Program-made: the position numbers and the translations under genes
Shown: positions 7,602 to 16,913 of the stretch, piece after piece
Layout of the letters: every line of letters starts with the position of its first letter
Numbering within the stretch: position 1 is the first letter of the stretch
The notes under the pieces: generated by a model
Databases searched by the model: none
What the model saw: only the letters and a program-made list of their open reading frames with translations
What the model was told of the DNA's origin: nothing
From: Candidatus Dormibacteria bacterium
GTDB lineage: Bacteria; Chloroflexota; Dormibacteria; Aeolococcales; Bog-877
Length of the DNA stretch: 50,051 nt
Direction: 5' to 3'
NCBI GenBank assembly: GCA_050734395.1
Contig: JBOHUK010000025.1
Coordinates: forward strand, 1 to 50,051

Positions 7602-9608
7602 TCAGGCGGGGTCGACGTCGACCGCCCAGCCCCGGCTCTGCGGCAGCAGCGGCAGCAACGCCCCCAGACGGCGGGCGCGCACGGTGAGCTGCCAGCGGTA
7701 GAGGGAGCGCAGCCGGGGGATGAAGGCGGGGCTGGGACCTAGCACCTCGGCCTGAGCAGGGTCGAGCAGCGATCGCAGGCGCTCCGCCTCCTCCCGGGCC
7801 GCCTGGCGCGCCTCGCCCTCCTGGGCCGAGCTGCGGGTCAGGACGACGAGCCTGCTGAAGGGCGGGAAGCCCAGCTGGCGGCGCGCCTCCAGCTCCTGGG
7901 TGGCGAAGCCCAGGTAGTCGTGGTCACTGGCGTAGCGCACGGCCGGGTGCTCGGGGCTGTAGGTCTGGAGCAGCACCTGGGCGGGCTCGTCCCCCCGGCC
8001 GGCCCGGCCCGCCACCTGGGTCAGGAGGGAGAAGGTGCGCTCGGCGGCCCGGAAGTCGGGGAAGTGCAGGGCGATGTCGGCGTTGACGATCCCCACCAGC
8101 CTCACCCCGGGCAGGTCCCAGCCCTTGGCCACCATCTGCGTCCCCACCAGCAGGTCGGCGCGGCGCTCGCTGAAGGCCTCGTAGATCTCGCGGTGCGCGT
8201 CTCGGTGACCGACGGTGTCCCGGTCCATGCGCAGGATGCGGGCGTCCGGCCACAGCGAGTGGGCCTCCGCCTCCACACGCTCGGTGCCCGCCCCCAGGGC
8301 GCGCAGCAGCCGGCTGCCGCAGCCGGGGCAGGCGGTCGGCAGCTCGCGCTGGTGGCCGCAGTAGTGGCACACGCAGAGCCGGCCGCGGTCGTGGAGGGTG
8401 AGCGATACCGAGCAGTTGGGGCAGTCCAGGGACTCGCCGCAGTGGCGGCAGAGCACGACGCTGGAGGTGCCGCGGCGGTTGAGGAAGAGGATGCCCTGCC
8501 CCCCTTCCAGGATGGTTTCGGTGACCAGCTCCTGGAGGCGCCGGGAGAAGGGGGAGGTGTTGCCCCAGGCCAGCTCCTCCCGCAGGTCCACCACCTCGAC
8601 CCGGGGCAGGGGGCGTCCCCGGTAGCGGCTGGGCAGGCGGAGGAGCTCAAGGCCGCGACCGGAGAGGGCTTGAGAGTAGGCCTCCAGGCGGGGGGTGGCG
8701 CTCCCCAGCACCACCGGCACCGAGAGCAGCCGGGCCAGGTGGCGGGCGACCTCGGCCGCCTGGTAGCGGGGGCGGGCGTCGTACTGCTTGTAGGAGCTGG
8801 AGTCCTCCTCGTCGACCACCACCACCCCCAGGTCCGCCAGCGGCGCGAAGACGGCGCTGCGCGACCCCACGACAACCCGGGCCTGCCCCTGTCGCACCCG
8901 GCGCCACTCGGCACCCCGCTCGCCCGGGGTGAGCGCGGAGTGCAGCACCGCCACCTGGCCCGGGAAGTGCACCTCGAAGCGCCGCACCGTCTGCGGGGTG
9001 AGGGAGATCTCCGGCACCAGGACCAGGGCGCGCCGTCCCTGGGTCAGCGCCGCCTTGATGGCGGCGAGATAGACCTCGGTCTTGCCCGCCCCGGTCACCC
9101 CCAGGAGCAGGAACTCGCGGAACTGCATGGAGGAGATCGCCGAGAGGATCGGGGCCAGCACCTCCGCCTGGGCCGGGGTCAGCTCCAGGTGGGAGCCCGC
9201 GCCCGGGTGGGCCGGCTCGGGCTGATTGGGGGCCGGGCGGCGGGCACGGCGCCGCCCGCCCGGCCGGCCAGCCCGCAGCGCCGGCGGCACCATCGCCCGG
9301 AGCACATCGGGCAAAGGGCAGAGGTAGTGGTCCGCGACCCAGCGCGCCAAGCTCAGTTGGTGGGGAAGCAGGAGCGGCTCCGGGTCCCGGATCGCCTGCA
9401 GCGGGCGCAGGCGCTCCACCTCGGACTCCTCCAACAGCTCCACCACGAAGGCGAAGACCTTGCGGCGGCCGAAGGGAACCTCCACCCTCTGGCCGAGCTG
9501 TAGCTCGTCCGCCAGCTCGTCGGGCACCGAGTAGTCGTAGACTCCCGCCCCCGGGCCAGAGGGGAGGTCGGGAGCCACCCGCGCCACCCGGGGCCGGGCG
9601 GCGCTCAA
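7602..9608 (-). CDS. priA: Primosomal protein N' (replication restart helicase PriA)
   Basis: 668 aa. Walker A is GVTGAGKTEVYL. The Cys-rich zinc module is CRHCGESLDCPNCSVSLTLH...CHYCGHQRELPTACPGCGS. The TTG start overlaps the coaBC stop (TTGA). Confidence 0.93.
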   Translation of the reverse strand: MSAARPRVARVAPDLPSGPGAGVYDYSVPDELADELQLGQRVEVPFGRRKVFAFVVELLEESEVERLRPLQAIRDPEPLLLPHQLSLARWVADHYLCPLPDVLRAMVPPALRAGRPGGRRRARRPAPNQPEPAHPGAGSHLELTPAQAEVLAPILSAISSMQFREFLLLGVTGAGKTEVYLAAIKAALTQGRRALVLVPEISLTPQTVRRFEVHFPGQVAVLHSALTPGERGAEWRRVRQGQARVVVGSRSAVFAPLADLGVVVVDEEDSSSYKQYDARPRYQAAEVARHLARLLSVPVVLGSATPRLEAYSQALSGRGLELLRLPSRYRGRPLPRVEVVDLREELAWGNTSPFSRRLQELVTETILEGGQGILFLNRRGTSSVVLCRHCGESLDCPNCSVSLTLHDRGRLCVCHYCGHQRELPTACPGCGSRLLRALGAGTERVEAEAHSLWPDARILRMDRDTVGHRDAHREIYEAFSERRADLLVGTQMVAKGWDLPGVRLVGIVNADIALHFPDFRAAERTFSLLTQVAGRAGRGDEPAQVLLQTYSPEHPAVRYASDHDYLGFATQELEARRQLGFPPFSRLVVLTRSSAQEGEARQAAREEAERLRSLLDPAQAEVLGPSPAFIPRLRSLYRWQLTVRARRLGALLPLLPQSRGWAVDVDPA

Positions 9609-10861
9609 CTCGTGGGCGGGAGGACGCCACCCGGGACGAGCCGCTCGACCTGGTCCAGGATCCCCTCCGCCAACTGGCGCTTGGGCTGCCAGGGGAGCGC
9701 CAGGTCAGGGCGGTCGCGGAAGACCAGGACCGCCTCCGCCATCTCCCCACCCATCGCCGAGTGCTCGCCCGTGACCGGGTTGGCCACGATCAAGTCACAG
9801 CCCTTCTGCCGGAGCTTGGCGCGCCCGGCCGCGGCCAGGTCTCCGGTCTCGGCGGCGAAGCCCACGGTGATGCAGTCCGGGGGCCGCTCCCGGACCAGCT
9901 GCTGGAGCAGGTCGGGGTTGGCGACGAGGTGCAGCTCCAGCGTCTCCTGGCCGGCGCGGTGCAGCTTCTCGGGGCTCGGGTGCTGGGGCCGGAAGTCGGC
10001 CACGGCCGCCGCCATCAGCAGCAGGCGCAGTGAGGGCAGGCGCTGGGTGCAGGCCGCCAGCATCTCGGTGGCCGTCTCGACCGGGACCACCTCCACCCCC
10101 TCCTCCTGCGGCCCCGGGGCCGCCGTCACCAGCGCCACCTGGGCGCCCCGGGCCTGGGCCGCCGCCGCCAGCGCCCGGCCCATGCGGCCGCTGCTGCGGT
10201 TGCTCAGGTAGCGAACGGGGTCAATGGGCTCCCTGGTCGCCCCGGCCGTGACCAGCACCTTCCACCCGGCCATCGACGAGGAGGCGCGCCCCAGGGCCCG
10301 AATCGCCTCGACGATCGCCTTGGGCTCCGCCATCCGCCCCTCGCCCAGGGCCCCCGAGGCCAGCCTCCCGGCAACGGGACCCACCACCGTGGCGCCCCGC
10401 TCGCAGAGCAGGCGCAAGTTGGCCTGGGTCGCTGGCTGGCGCCACATGTGGGCCTCCATCGCCGGCGCCAGCAGCAGTGGCCCCTGCCCCGCCAGCACCG
10501 TGGCGCTGACGACGTCCTCGGCGAGCCCGACGGCCAGGCGGGCCAGGGTCGAGGCGGTGGCGGGCGCCACCACCCGGGTGTCCGCCCAGTGCGCCAGATC
10601 CAGGTGGACCATGCCGTGGCCGTCATCGTCCCCACCTTCCAGCGGACCCCGGGGCAGCAGCCGCGAGTGGACCGGGTGACCGGAGAGGGCGCGCAGGGTG
10701 GCCGCCGGGATCAGCCGGGCCGCCGTGGGCGTCAGCCCCACCCGCACCTCGGCGCCGGCCTTTCGCAACCGCGTGACCAGCTCCGGCACCTTGACGACCG
10801 CGATCCCGCCGCTGAGCAGCAGCGCGATCCGGCGCCCCGCCAGCGAGCCCTCGTCAGTCAT
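9605..10861 (-). CDS. coaBC: Bifunctional phosphopantothenoylcysteine decarboxylase / phosphopantothenate-cysteine ligase
   Basis: 418 aa. The N-terminal flavoprotein part reads RIALLLSGGIAVVKVPELVTRLRKAGAEV. The CoaB part reads ISNRSSGRMGRALAAAA. Confidence 0.92.
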   Translation of the reverse strand: MTDEGSLAGRRIALLLSGGIAVVKVPELVTRLRKAGAEVRVGLTPTAARLIPAATLRALSGHPVHSRLLPRGPLEGGDDDGHGMVHLDLAHWADTRVVAPATASTLARLAVGLAEDVVSATVLAGQGPLLLAPAMEAHMWRQPATQANLRLLCERGATVVGPVAGRLASGALGEGRMAEPKAIVEAIRALGRASSSMAGWKVLVTAGATREPIDPVRYLSNRSSGRMGRALAAAAQARGAQVALVTAAPGPQEEGVEVVPVETATEMLAACTQRLPSLRLLLMAAAVADFRPQHPSPEKLHRAGQETLELHLVANPDLLQQLVRERPPDCITVGFAAETGDLAAAGRAKLRQKGCDLIVANPVTGEHSAMGGEMAEAVLVFRDRPDLALPWQPKRQLAEGILDQVERLVPGGVLPPTS

Positions 10862-10894
10862 GGCCCGGCCATTGTGGCAAAGCGGCAGCGCCGC

Positions 10895-11476
10895 CTAGTT
10901 CGGGGTGGCACGCTCCCGGTCGATGATCTCCGCGATCTGCGCGGCCGCCCGCTCCACCTCGTCGTTGACCACCCGCTCGTCGTACCAGGAGGACTCGGCC
11001 AGCTCCGAGTCGATCGCCCGGATCCGGAGTTCAAGCTGCTTCGGGTCCTCGGTGCGCCGGCGCTCAAGACGTTCCAGCAGCACCTGCCGCGAGGGGGGGA
11101 GCAGGAAGATGAAACGGTCCCCGAGCCCCAGCTGGCGCAGCCGGGCGGCACCCTGGACGTCGGGCTTGAGGAGCACGTCGCGCCCCTGACGCAGCAGCTG
11201 TTCCACCCGCTCCCGGTCGGTGCCGTAGTGGCGGCCGTGGACCAGCGCCGTTTCCAAGAAGCGCCCCTGGGCCAGCATGGTGGCGAAGCTGGGCTCGTCG
11301 ATGAACGAGTAGTCCTGGTCCTGGACCTCGCCCTGGCGGATGGGCCTGGTGGTGTAGGCGGGGGGCCGGCCGAGCTGGGGTCGCATTTGCAGAAGGCGGG
11401 CGATCACCGTGTCCTTGCCCACGGCGGAGGGCCCCGAGAGCACGAACAGGCGGCCCCGCCGCGGCTGGTCGCTCAT
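10895..11476 (-). CDS. gmk: Guanylate kinase
   Basis: Taken from the internal ATG at 11476 of the 426-aa track ORF: MSDQPRRGRLFVLSGPSAVGKDTV...TTRPIRQGEVQDQDYSFI. The upstream part of the track ORF is an artefactual extension across rluD in another frame. Confidence 0.9.
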   Translation of the reverse strand: MSDQPRRGRLFVLSGPSAVGKDTVIARLLQMRPQLGRPPAYTTRPIRQGEVQDQDYSFIDEPSFATMLAQGRFLETALVHGRHYGTDRERVEQLLRQGRDVLLKPDVQGAARLRQLGLGDRFIFLLPPSRQVLLERLERRRTEDPKQLELRIRAIDSELAESSWYDERVVNDEVERAAAQIAEIIDRERATPN

Positions 11477-11489
11477 CAGGAGCCCGAGT

Positions 11490-12434
11490 CTAGGCCGGGG
11501 CAGGCCAATCCCAGCCCGTCCCCTCCGCGGTGTCGGCCTCCCCGAGCAGTCGCTGCAGGTCCGCGGGCAGGGGGCTGCGGAAGTGGAGCTCCCGCCCGTC
11601 CTCGGGGTGGCGCAGGTGGAGCTCGGCGGCGTGCAGCGCGAGCCGAGCCTCCGCCCCCTGGCGCCATCGGCCGTAGAGGCCGTCGCCCACCACCGGGCGG
11701 CCGATGTAGGCGAGGTGCACTCGGATCTGGTGGGTCCGGCCGGTCTCCAGGCGCAGGCGCAGCGCGGTCCGGGCGCCGAGGCGCTCCAGGACCCAGAACT
11801 CGGTGGCGGCGGGTCGGCCCGATGCCCTGACCGCCATCCGCCGGGGCCGCGCCGGATCGCGGCCCAGCGCCGCCTCGATCCGCCCCCGGTCCTCCTGGAA
11901 CCGCCCCTCCACCAGCGCCCAGTACTCTCGGCCCAGCTCGCGCCGCCGCAACTGGCGGCGGAGGTGCTCCCGGGCCGCCTCGGTGCGGGCCAGCACCAGG
12001 AGCCCGCTGGTGCCGCGGTCGAGGCGGTGCACCAAGCCGAGGCGCTCGGGCCCCTCGCCCTCGGCCCAGGGACCGGGCCAGCCCCGGAGCTGCTGGGCGA
12101 GGGTCCCCTGGCGGTGCCCGGCCCCGGGGTGGACGACCAGCCCGGCGGGCTTGTCCACCACCGCGAGCAGCGCATCGGAGAAGACCAGCCGGGGGGAGAG
12201 CGTCTCCGGCGGCGGTGGCGCCGCGAGCTGCTCCACCAGGACCCGCTCCCCCGCTCGGAGGGTCTGCCTGGGCCGGAGCGCCGGGCGGTCAGCGAGCTGC
12301 ACCCGCCCCGCCTCGACCAGCTCCCGGGAGGCGCTGCGCGAGATCCGCAACCGGGAGCTGAGCCAGTGGTCGAGGCGGCTGCCGCCCTCCGCCCGGGTCA
12401 CCGGGGGCAGCTTGGTGATGGTGGCCTCAGCCAC
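11490..12434 (-). CDS. rluD: 23S rRNA pseudouridine synthase, RluA/RluD family
   Basis: S4-like N-terminus (RLDHWLSSRLRISRSASRELVEAGRVQL). Catalytic motif is HRLDRGTSGLLVLA, plus TGRTHQIRVHLA. The GTG start at 12434 overlaps the lspA stop by 8 nt. Confidence 0.9.
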   Translation of the reverse strand: MAEATITKLPPVTRAEGGSRLDHWLSSRLRISRSASRELVEAGRVQLADRPALRPRQTLRAGERVLVEQLAAPPPPETLSPRLVFSDALLAVVDKPAGLVVHPGAGHRQGTLAQQLRGWPGPWAEGEGPERLGLVHRLDRGTSGLLVLARTEAAREHLRRQLRRRELGREYWALVEGRFQEDRGRIEAALGRDPARPRRMAVRASGRPAATEFWVLERLGARTALRLRLETGRTHQIRVHLAYIGRPVVGDGLYGRWRQGAEARLALHAAELHLRHPEDGRELHFRSPLPADLQRLLGEADTAEGTGWDWPAPA

Positions 12435-12909
12435 GCCGCTGCCCGAGCAGGATGCGGCCCACCAGCAGCACCACCCCCACGGTGATGCCCGAGTCGGCGA
12501 CGTTGAAGACCGGCCAGTGGGGCAGCTGCATGAAGTCCACGACGTATCCCTGGGTGAGCCGGTCCCAGCCGTTGCCCAGCGCCCCGCCCAGGAGCATGCC
12601 CACCGCCGCCTGCACCCAGCCGGGCTCCCGGGCCAGCTGGCGCCAGCGTAAGACGATCGCGCAGACCACCACCGCCGCCACCGCCAGGAACAGCCAGTCG
12701 AAGCTGGGCAGCAGGCTGAAGGCGGCGCCACTGTTCTCGGTGTAGAGGATGTGCACCGGGGCCGACGGCCAGAGCTGCTCCCCCGGGCGCAGCGACTCGG
12801 TGACCCAGTACTTGGTGACGCGGTCCAGCACCAGCACCAGGACCGCCGCCAGCAGGGTCCAGAGGGGCCACGATCGGACCCCGGTCAGGCGCCTCCCGGT
12901 GCGAGCCAG
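12427..12909 (-). CDS. lspA: Lipoprotein signal peptidase (signal peptidase II)
   Basis: Contains LDRVTKYWV...ILYTENSGAAFSLL...LGGALGNGWDRL...VVDFM...PVFNVADSGITVG. The 5' end is uncertain. There is no ATG, GTG or TTG between the upstream stop (12920) and TM1. In-frame CTG codons sit at 12909 and 12888. Confidence 0.8.
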   Translation of the reverse strand: MARTGRRLTGVRSWPLWTLLAAVLVLVLDRVTKYWVTESLRPGEQLWPSAPVHILYTENSGAAFSLLPSFDWLFLAVAAVVVCAIVLRWRQLAREPGWVQAAVGMLLGGALGNGWDRLTQGYVVDFMQLPHWPVFNVADSGITVGVVLLVGRILLGQRRG

Positions 12910-12919
12910 GCCGGAGCTC

Positions 12920-13294
12920 TCAGTCGCGCCGGGCCTCTTTGCAGGGGACGCACTTCGTGGCGTAGGGGAGCGCCCGCAGTCGCTCGATATCGATCTCGCT
13001 CCCGCAGCTGCGGCAGAGCCCGTAGGCGCCGCGGTCGAGGCGGGCGAGCGCGTCCTTGCACTGCTCGTACATCGAGACCAGGCTCTCTCGGATCGCCAGT
13101 AGCCGCTCGTGCTCCTCCATCTCGCCGGCATGCTCGGTCGGGTGCTCGTGGAAGGGGGCCTCTTTGCCGGCCCCGTTGCTGGAGACCCCGGTGAGCTGGC
13201 TGAGCTCATGCTCCAGCCGGTCCCTCTCGGCCTCGACCTGGAGGCGAATCTCGGCCAGATCCTGCTGGCGGCTGGCGGCGGCGGTCTCGCTCAT
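12920..13294 (-). CDS. DksA/TraR-family C4 zinc-finger protein
   Basis: Contains CRSCGSEIDIERLRALPYATKCVPC (CxxC-N17-CxxC) after a coiled-coil segment. I prefer the ATG at 13294, which is preceded by GAGGAAGTTGAGG, over the upstream GTG at 13324. Confidence 0.85.
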   Translation of the reverse strand: MSETAAASRQQDLAEIRLQVEAERDRLEHELSQLTGVSSNGAGKEAPFHEHPTEHAGEMEEHERLLAIRESLVSMYEQCKDALARLDRGAYGLCRSCGSEIDIERLRALPYATKCVPCKEARRD

Positions 13295-13413
13295 CCTCAA
13301 CTTCCTCGTCCTGCGTGGCCTCACCTGGAGCCGGGGGCTGGCCTCAGCCGCGGCTCACTGGGGGCGGGAGAATTATGGGCCGTCACCCGGCCCGAGGGAA
13401 GACCCCCGCCCGC

Positions 13414-16293
13414 TCAGTCTGCCCGCCCCGGGACCCGGCGCAGCTCGAGCGAGATCGAATGGCCGGCGACCGAGAGCTCAGTCATCTCCGCCGCCCGTGA
13501 GGGCTCGCGGATGAACTCGACGACGAAGCACTGGGCCGCCAGCTGGGCGGCAGCTTCGGAGATGGCCGCGGCCAGCTCGTCGTCGCAGCCGTAGTGCACT
13601 TCCACCGGGTCCCCGGCCCGCAACCCCGCCCGCCGCCGCAGGTCCTGGAGCTGGCGGGCGAAGGCGCGCACCAGACCCTCCCGGCGGAGTTCGTCGGTGA
13701 GCTCGAAGTCGAGCTCCACGGTCGCCGGTCCCGGCCCGGCCTCACAGCTCACCTCGCCAACGTTGGCCTCCTCCGCCAGCACCGCCGCCAGCCTCGTGCC
13801 GAGTTCGGCCCCCCGGACCCAGGCTCGGGCCAGCGGCTGGCGCAGGGGCACCCCGCGCGATTCGCGCTGCGCCCGCGCCTCCTCGGCGAGCCGCCGCACC
13901 AGCTGCATCTCCGCCAGCAGCTCAGGGTCGCGGTGCTCGGGGCGAGGCTCGGGGTAGTCCTGGAGGTGCACCGAGGGCAGGGCATCGGGCAGGGGGACGG
14001 CGAGCCGGCGGTGCACGGCCTCGGCGAGGAAGGGGGTGAAGGGCGCCAGCAGGGCGGCGATCTGCAGGAGCACGAAATGCAGGGTGGAACAGCTGGCTTC
14101 CACCTCGGCCCGATCCCCCCGGAAGCGCGCGCGCGAGCGGCGCAGATACCAGGTGCTGACTTCGTCCACCAACGCGCCGATCAGCCGGCAGGCGGTGTTG
14201 GCGTCGTAGCGGTCGAGGGCCGCGCGGGCTTCGCGGACAGTCTGTTCCAGGCGAGCCAGGGCCCAGCGGTCCATGACGTGCAGCTCGCCCTGGGGCACGG
14301 CCACCGCCGGCTGCCACTGGGCCAGGTTGGCGTAGGTGACCAGGAAGGTGTGCAGATTCCACAGGATGTTGAGGAAGCGGCCGCCCCCCTCGAGCACCCG
14401 CCTTGAGGAGATGCGGTACTCGAGCCCCACCGTGACCGTGGTGTAGAACCACCAGCGCAGGGCGTCGGCGCCGCACTCGGCGATGATGGCGAAGGGGTCG
14501 ATGACGTTGCCCCGCGACTTGGACATCTTGCGGCCCCGCTCGTCGACGACCAGGCTGGGGACGACCACGTGGCGGTACGCCGGCTTATCGAAGAGCATGG
14601 TCGACTCCGCCAGCAGGGTGAAGAACCACCCCCTGGTCTGGTCCAGCCCCTCGCTGATGTAGTCGGCGGGGTGCTCCTGCTCGAAGCGCTGCTGATTCTC
14701 GAACGGGTAGTGCCACTGAGCGAAGGGCATGGCGCCGCTGTCGTACCAGGCGTCGATCACCTCCGGCACCCGGCGCATCTCGCCCCCGCACTCGCAGGCG
14801 AGGGTCACCTCGTCGATGAAGGGCTTGTGCACATCGGCGCTGCCATCGAGGCCCAGCTCCGCCAGGCTGCCCACGCAGCGCTCGCCCTGGCAGTCCGGGC
14901 AGACCCAGATCGGCAGCGGCGTCCCCCAGTAGCGGGCCCGGGACAGGTTCCAGTCCTGCAGCGACTCCAGCCAGTTGCCCATCCGACCGAGCCGCAGGTG
15001 GGCAGGCACCCACTGGACCGACTGGTTATTGCGGATCAACTGCTCCCGGACCGCAGTTGTGCGGATGAACCAGGAGTCGAGGGCGTAGTAGAGGAGCGGC
15101 GTCTCGCAGCGCCAGCAGAAGGGGTAGGGGTGGACGATCCGCTCCTCTCGGTACAGCAGGCCGCGCTCCCGCAGCCGCTCGGTGATGAGAGGGTCCGCGT
15201 CCTTGACAAACAGCCCCTGGAAGTCCGTGACGAAGGGCAGGAAGCGCCCGTCCAGGCCCACCGTGTGGAGCACCTCCAGCCCCGCCTCCTGACAGAGGCG
15301 CAGGTCGTCCTCCCCGTAGGCCCCGGCGGTGTGCACGATCCCGGTGCCCTCGTCGGTCTTGACGAAGTCCCCCTCCAGCACGGTGAAGGCACGAGGCTGC
15401 TCGGGCAGGTACCCGAAGAGCGGCTGGTACTGCACCCCGAGCAGGTCGGCGCCCTTGAGCTCCGCCACCACCTCGTAGGGACCATCCAGGGTGCCGAGGC
15501 GGTCCCGGGCCAGGATCAGCCGCTCCTCTCCCTGGCGCGCCACCACGTAGTCGATCTCGCGGCCCACCGCCAGGGCCAGGTTGCCGGGCAGGGTCCACGG
15601 CGTGGTGGTCCAGGCCAGCAGGCTGGTCGTGGGGTCATCGCGCCGGCGGAAGCGGACCGTCACCCCGGGATCGGGGGTCTCCTCGTGGTAGGCACCGGGC
15701 TGGGCCAGCTCGTGGCTGCTGAGCGAGGTCTGGCAGCGGGGGCAGTAGGGCGCCACCCGGTGACCGCGGAAGAGCAGGCCGCGTTCGTGGATCTGCTTGA
15801 GGCTCCACCAAACCGACTCGATGTAGGAGCTGTCGTAGGTGCGGTAGGCGTGCTCCAGGTCCAGCCAGAAGCCGATCCGGGCGGTGAGCCGCTCCCACTC
15901 GTCGATGTACTCCATGACACTGGCGCGGCAGAGCCGGTTGAACTCGGCGACGCCGAGGCGCTCGATGTCCTGCTTGGACTGGAGATGCAGCTCCCGCTCC
16001 ACCTCGAGCTCCACCGGCAGCCCGTGGGTGTCCCACCCGCCCCGCCGCTCGACCAGCCGGCCCCGCATCTGCCAGTAGCGCAGAAAGCAGTCCTTGAAGG
16101 CGCGGGCCAGGACGTGGTGCACCCCGGGCTGCCCGTTGGCGGTGGGCGGGCCCTCGTAGAAGACGAAGCGCTCCCCGTCGCGGCGCTCCTCGAGGCTGCG
16201 CTCGAAGATGCGCTCCCGCCGCCAGAACTCCAGGACCTCCTGCTCCAGCTCGGGGAAGCGGACCGGGTTGGGCGGCGGCTCGAAGGCCGGCAT
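13414..16293 (-). CDS. ileS: Isoleucyl-tRNA synthetase (type 2)
   Basis: Starts at the ATG at 16293: MPAFEPPPNPVRFPELEQEVLEFW...PPTANGQPGVHHVLARAFKD. Also carries KMSKSRGN. An AGGAG box lies 9 nt upstream. The 305-aa N-terminal extension in the track ORF is an artefact. Confidence 0.93.
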   Translation of the reverse strand: MPAFEPPPNPVRFPELEQEVLEFWRRERIFERSLEERRDGERFVFYEGPPTANGQPGVHHVLARAFKDCFLRYWQMRGRLVERRGGWDTHGLPVELEVERELHLQSKQDIERLGVAEFNRLCRASVMEYIDEWERLTARIGFWLDLEHAYRTYDSSYIESVWWSLKQIHERGLLFRGHRVAPYCPRCQTSLSSHELAQPGAYHEETPDPGVTVRFRRRDDPTTSLLAWTTTPWTLPGNLALAVGREIDYVVARQGEERLILARDRLGTLDGPYEVVAELKGADLLGVQYQPLFGYLPEQPRAFTVLEGDFVKTDEGTGIVHTAGAYGEDDLRLCQEAGLEVLHTVGLDGRFLPFVTDFQGLFVKDADPLITERLRERGLLYREERIVHPYPFCWRCETPLLYYALDSWFIRTTAVREQLIRNNQSVQWVPAHLRLGRMGNWLESLQDWNLSRARYWGTPLPIWVCPDCQGERCVGSLAELGLDGSADVHKPFIDEVTLACECGGEMRRVPEVIDAWYDSGAMPFAQWHYPFENQQRFEQEHPADYISEGLDQTRGWFFTLLAESTMLFDKPAYRHVVVPSLVVDERGRKMSKSRGNVIDPFAIIAECGADALRWWFYTTVTVGLEYRISSRRVLEGGGRFLNILWNLHTFLVTYANLAQWQPAVAVPQGELHVMDRWALARLEQTVREARAALDRYDANTACRLIGALVDEVSTWYLRRSRARFRGDRAEVEASCSTLHFVLLQIAALLAPFTPFLAEAVHRRLAVPLPDALPSVHLQDYPEPRPEHRDPELLAEMQLVRRLAEEARAQRESRGVPLRQPLARAWVRGAELGTRLAAVLAEEANVGEVSCEAGPGPATVELDFELTDELRREGLVRAFARQLQDLRRRAGLRAGDPVEVHYGCDDELAAAISEAAAQLAAQCFVVEFIREPSRAAEMTELSVAGHSISLELRRVPGRAD

Positions 16294-16365
16294 CGGGGCG
16301 TGCTCCTGGATCGTGGACTGGGAGGGCCGCGGCGCCCCTTCGGGGCCGGGTGAGGGCAGGGTAGC

Positions 16366-16905
16366 ATGGCCGTCGCGGAGTTCAGAAGCCACCCTGGGGG
16401 AGTTCCACTGTCCAGCAGCGCCGACGAGACACGCTGGCCGGCTGAGGTCGACCTCTTCTGGGAGGACCTCGAGGTTGGCCGGGCGTTCCAACTCGGCGAG
16501 CACCGGGTCACGCAGGAGGAGATACTGGATTTCGGCCGGCGCTACGATCCGCAGCCATTCCACGTCAACCCCGAGGCGGCGCGCCGCAGCCACTTCCAGG
16601 GCCTGATCGCCAGCGGCTGGCAGTCCTGCGCCATCTGGATGCGCCTCTATTACGAGGCGGTGCTGCGCCGCTCCGCCAGCCTCGGCTCGCCCGGGGTGGA
16701 GGAGGTGCGCTGGCTGAGCCCGGTGCGCCCCGGTGACGTGCTGACCGGCGAGGTGAGGGTATTGCAGGCGCGGCTGTCGCGGAGCCGGCCCCACTGGGGG
16801 TTGGCCCAGCTCGGCAGCGAGCTCACGGGGCAGGATGGGGTCACCCGCCTCAGCCTGCGGGCCTGGGGACTCTTCGGCCGCCGCCCTCCCACCGAGCCCG
16901 GCTGA
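16366..16905 (+). CDS. MaoC-like (R)-hydratase / hotdog-fold dehydratase
   Basis: 179 aa with FWEDLEVGRAF.LGEHRVTQEEILDFGRRYDPQPFHVNPEAA...FQGLIASGW. The start may be later. Confidence 0.75.
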   Translation: MAVAEFRSHPGGVPLSSSADETRWPAEVDLFWEDLEVGRAFQLGEHRVTQEEILDFGRRYDPQPFHVNPEAARRSHFQGLIASGWQSCAIWMRLYYEAVLRRSASLGSPGVEEVRWLSPVRPGDVLTGEVRVLQARLSRSRPHWGLAQLGSELTGQDGVTRLSLRAWGLFGRRPPTEPG

Positions 16906-16913
16906 GCCGGGAG

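Noticed and set aside
7920-9503. 527-aa plus-strand ORF antisense to priA. The same class includes 14569-16353 (+, antisense to ileS), 20163-22199 (+, antisense to ftsZ/ftsA), 21938-22963 (+), 23940-25250 (+), 25283-26629 (+), 27428-28735 (+), 29669-31021 (+), 38862-40499 (+), 40560-42290 (+), 46059-47027 (-), 47252-48487 (-) and 49038-50033 (-).
   Set aside because: Their translations are Arg/Gly/Pro/Ala-rich low-complexity strings with no recognisable motifs. Each lies exactly opposite a gene with unambiguous family signatures. Long stop-free antisense frames are expected at this GC content.
16294-16440. Possible T-box leader upstream of ileS, as known for ileS in some high-GC Gram-positives.
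   Set aside because: Only about 72 nt separate the ileS ATG from the divergent MaoC-like ORF. The minus strand has GGGTGGCTTCTGAACTCCGCG, which does not match the conserved T-box core (GGGTGGTACCGCG). I can see only a small GCCCC-GAAG-GGGC hairpin and an AGGAG RBS.
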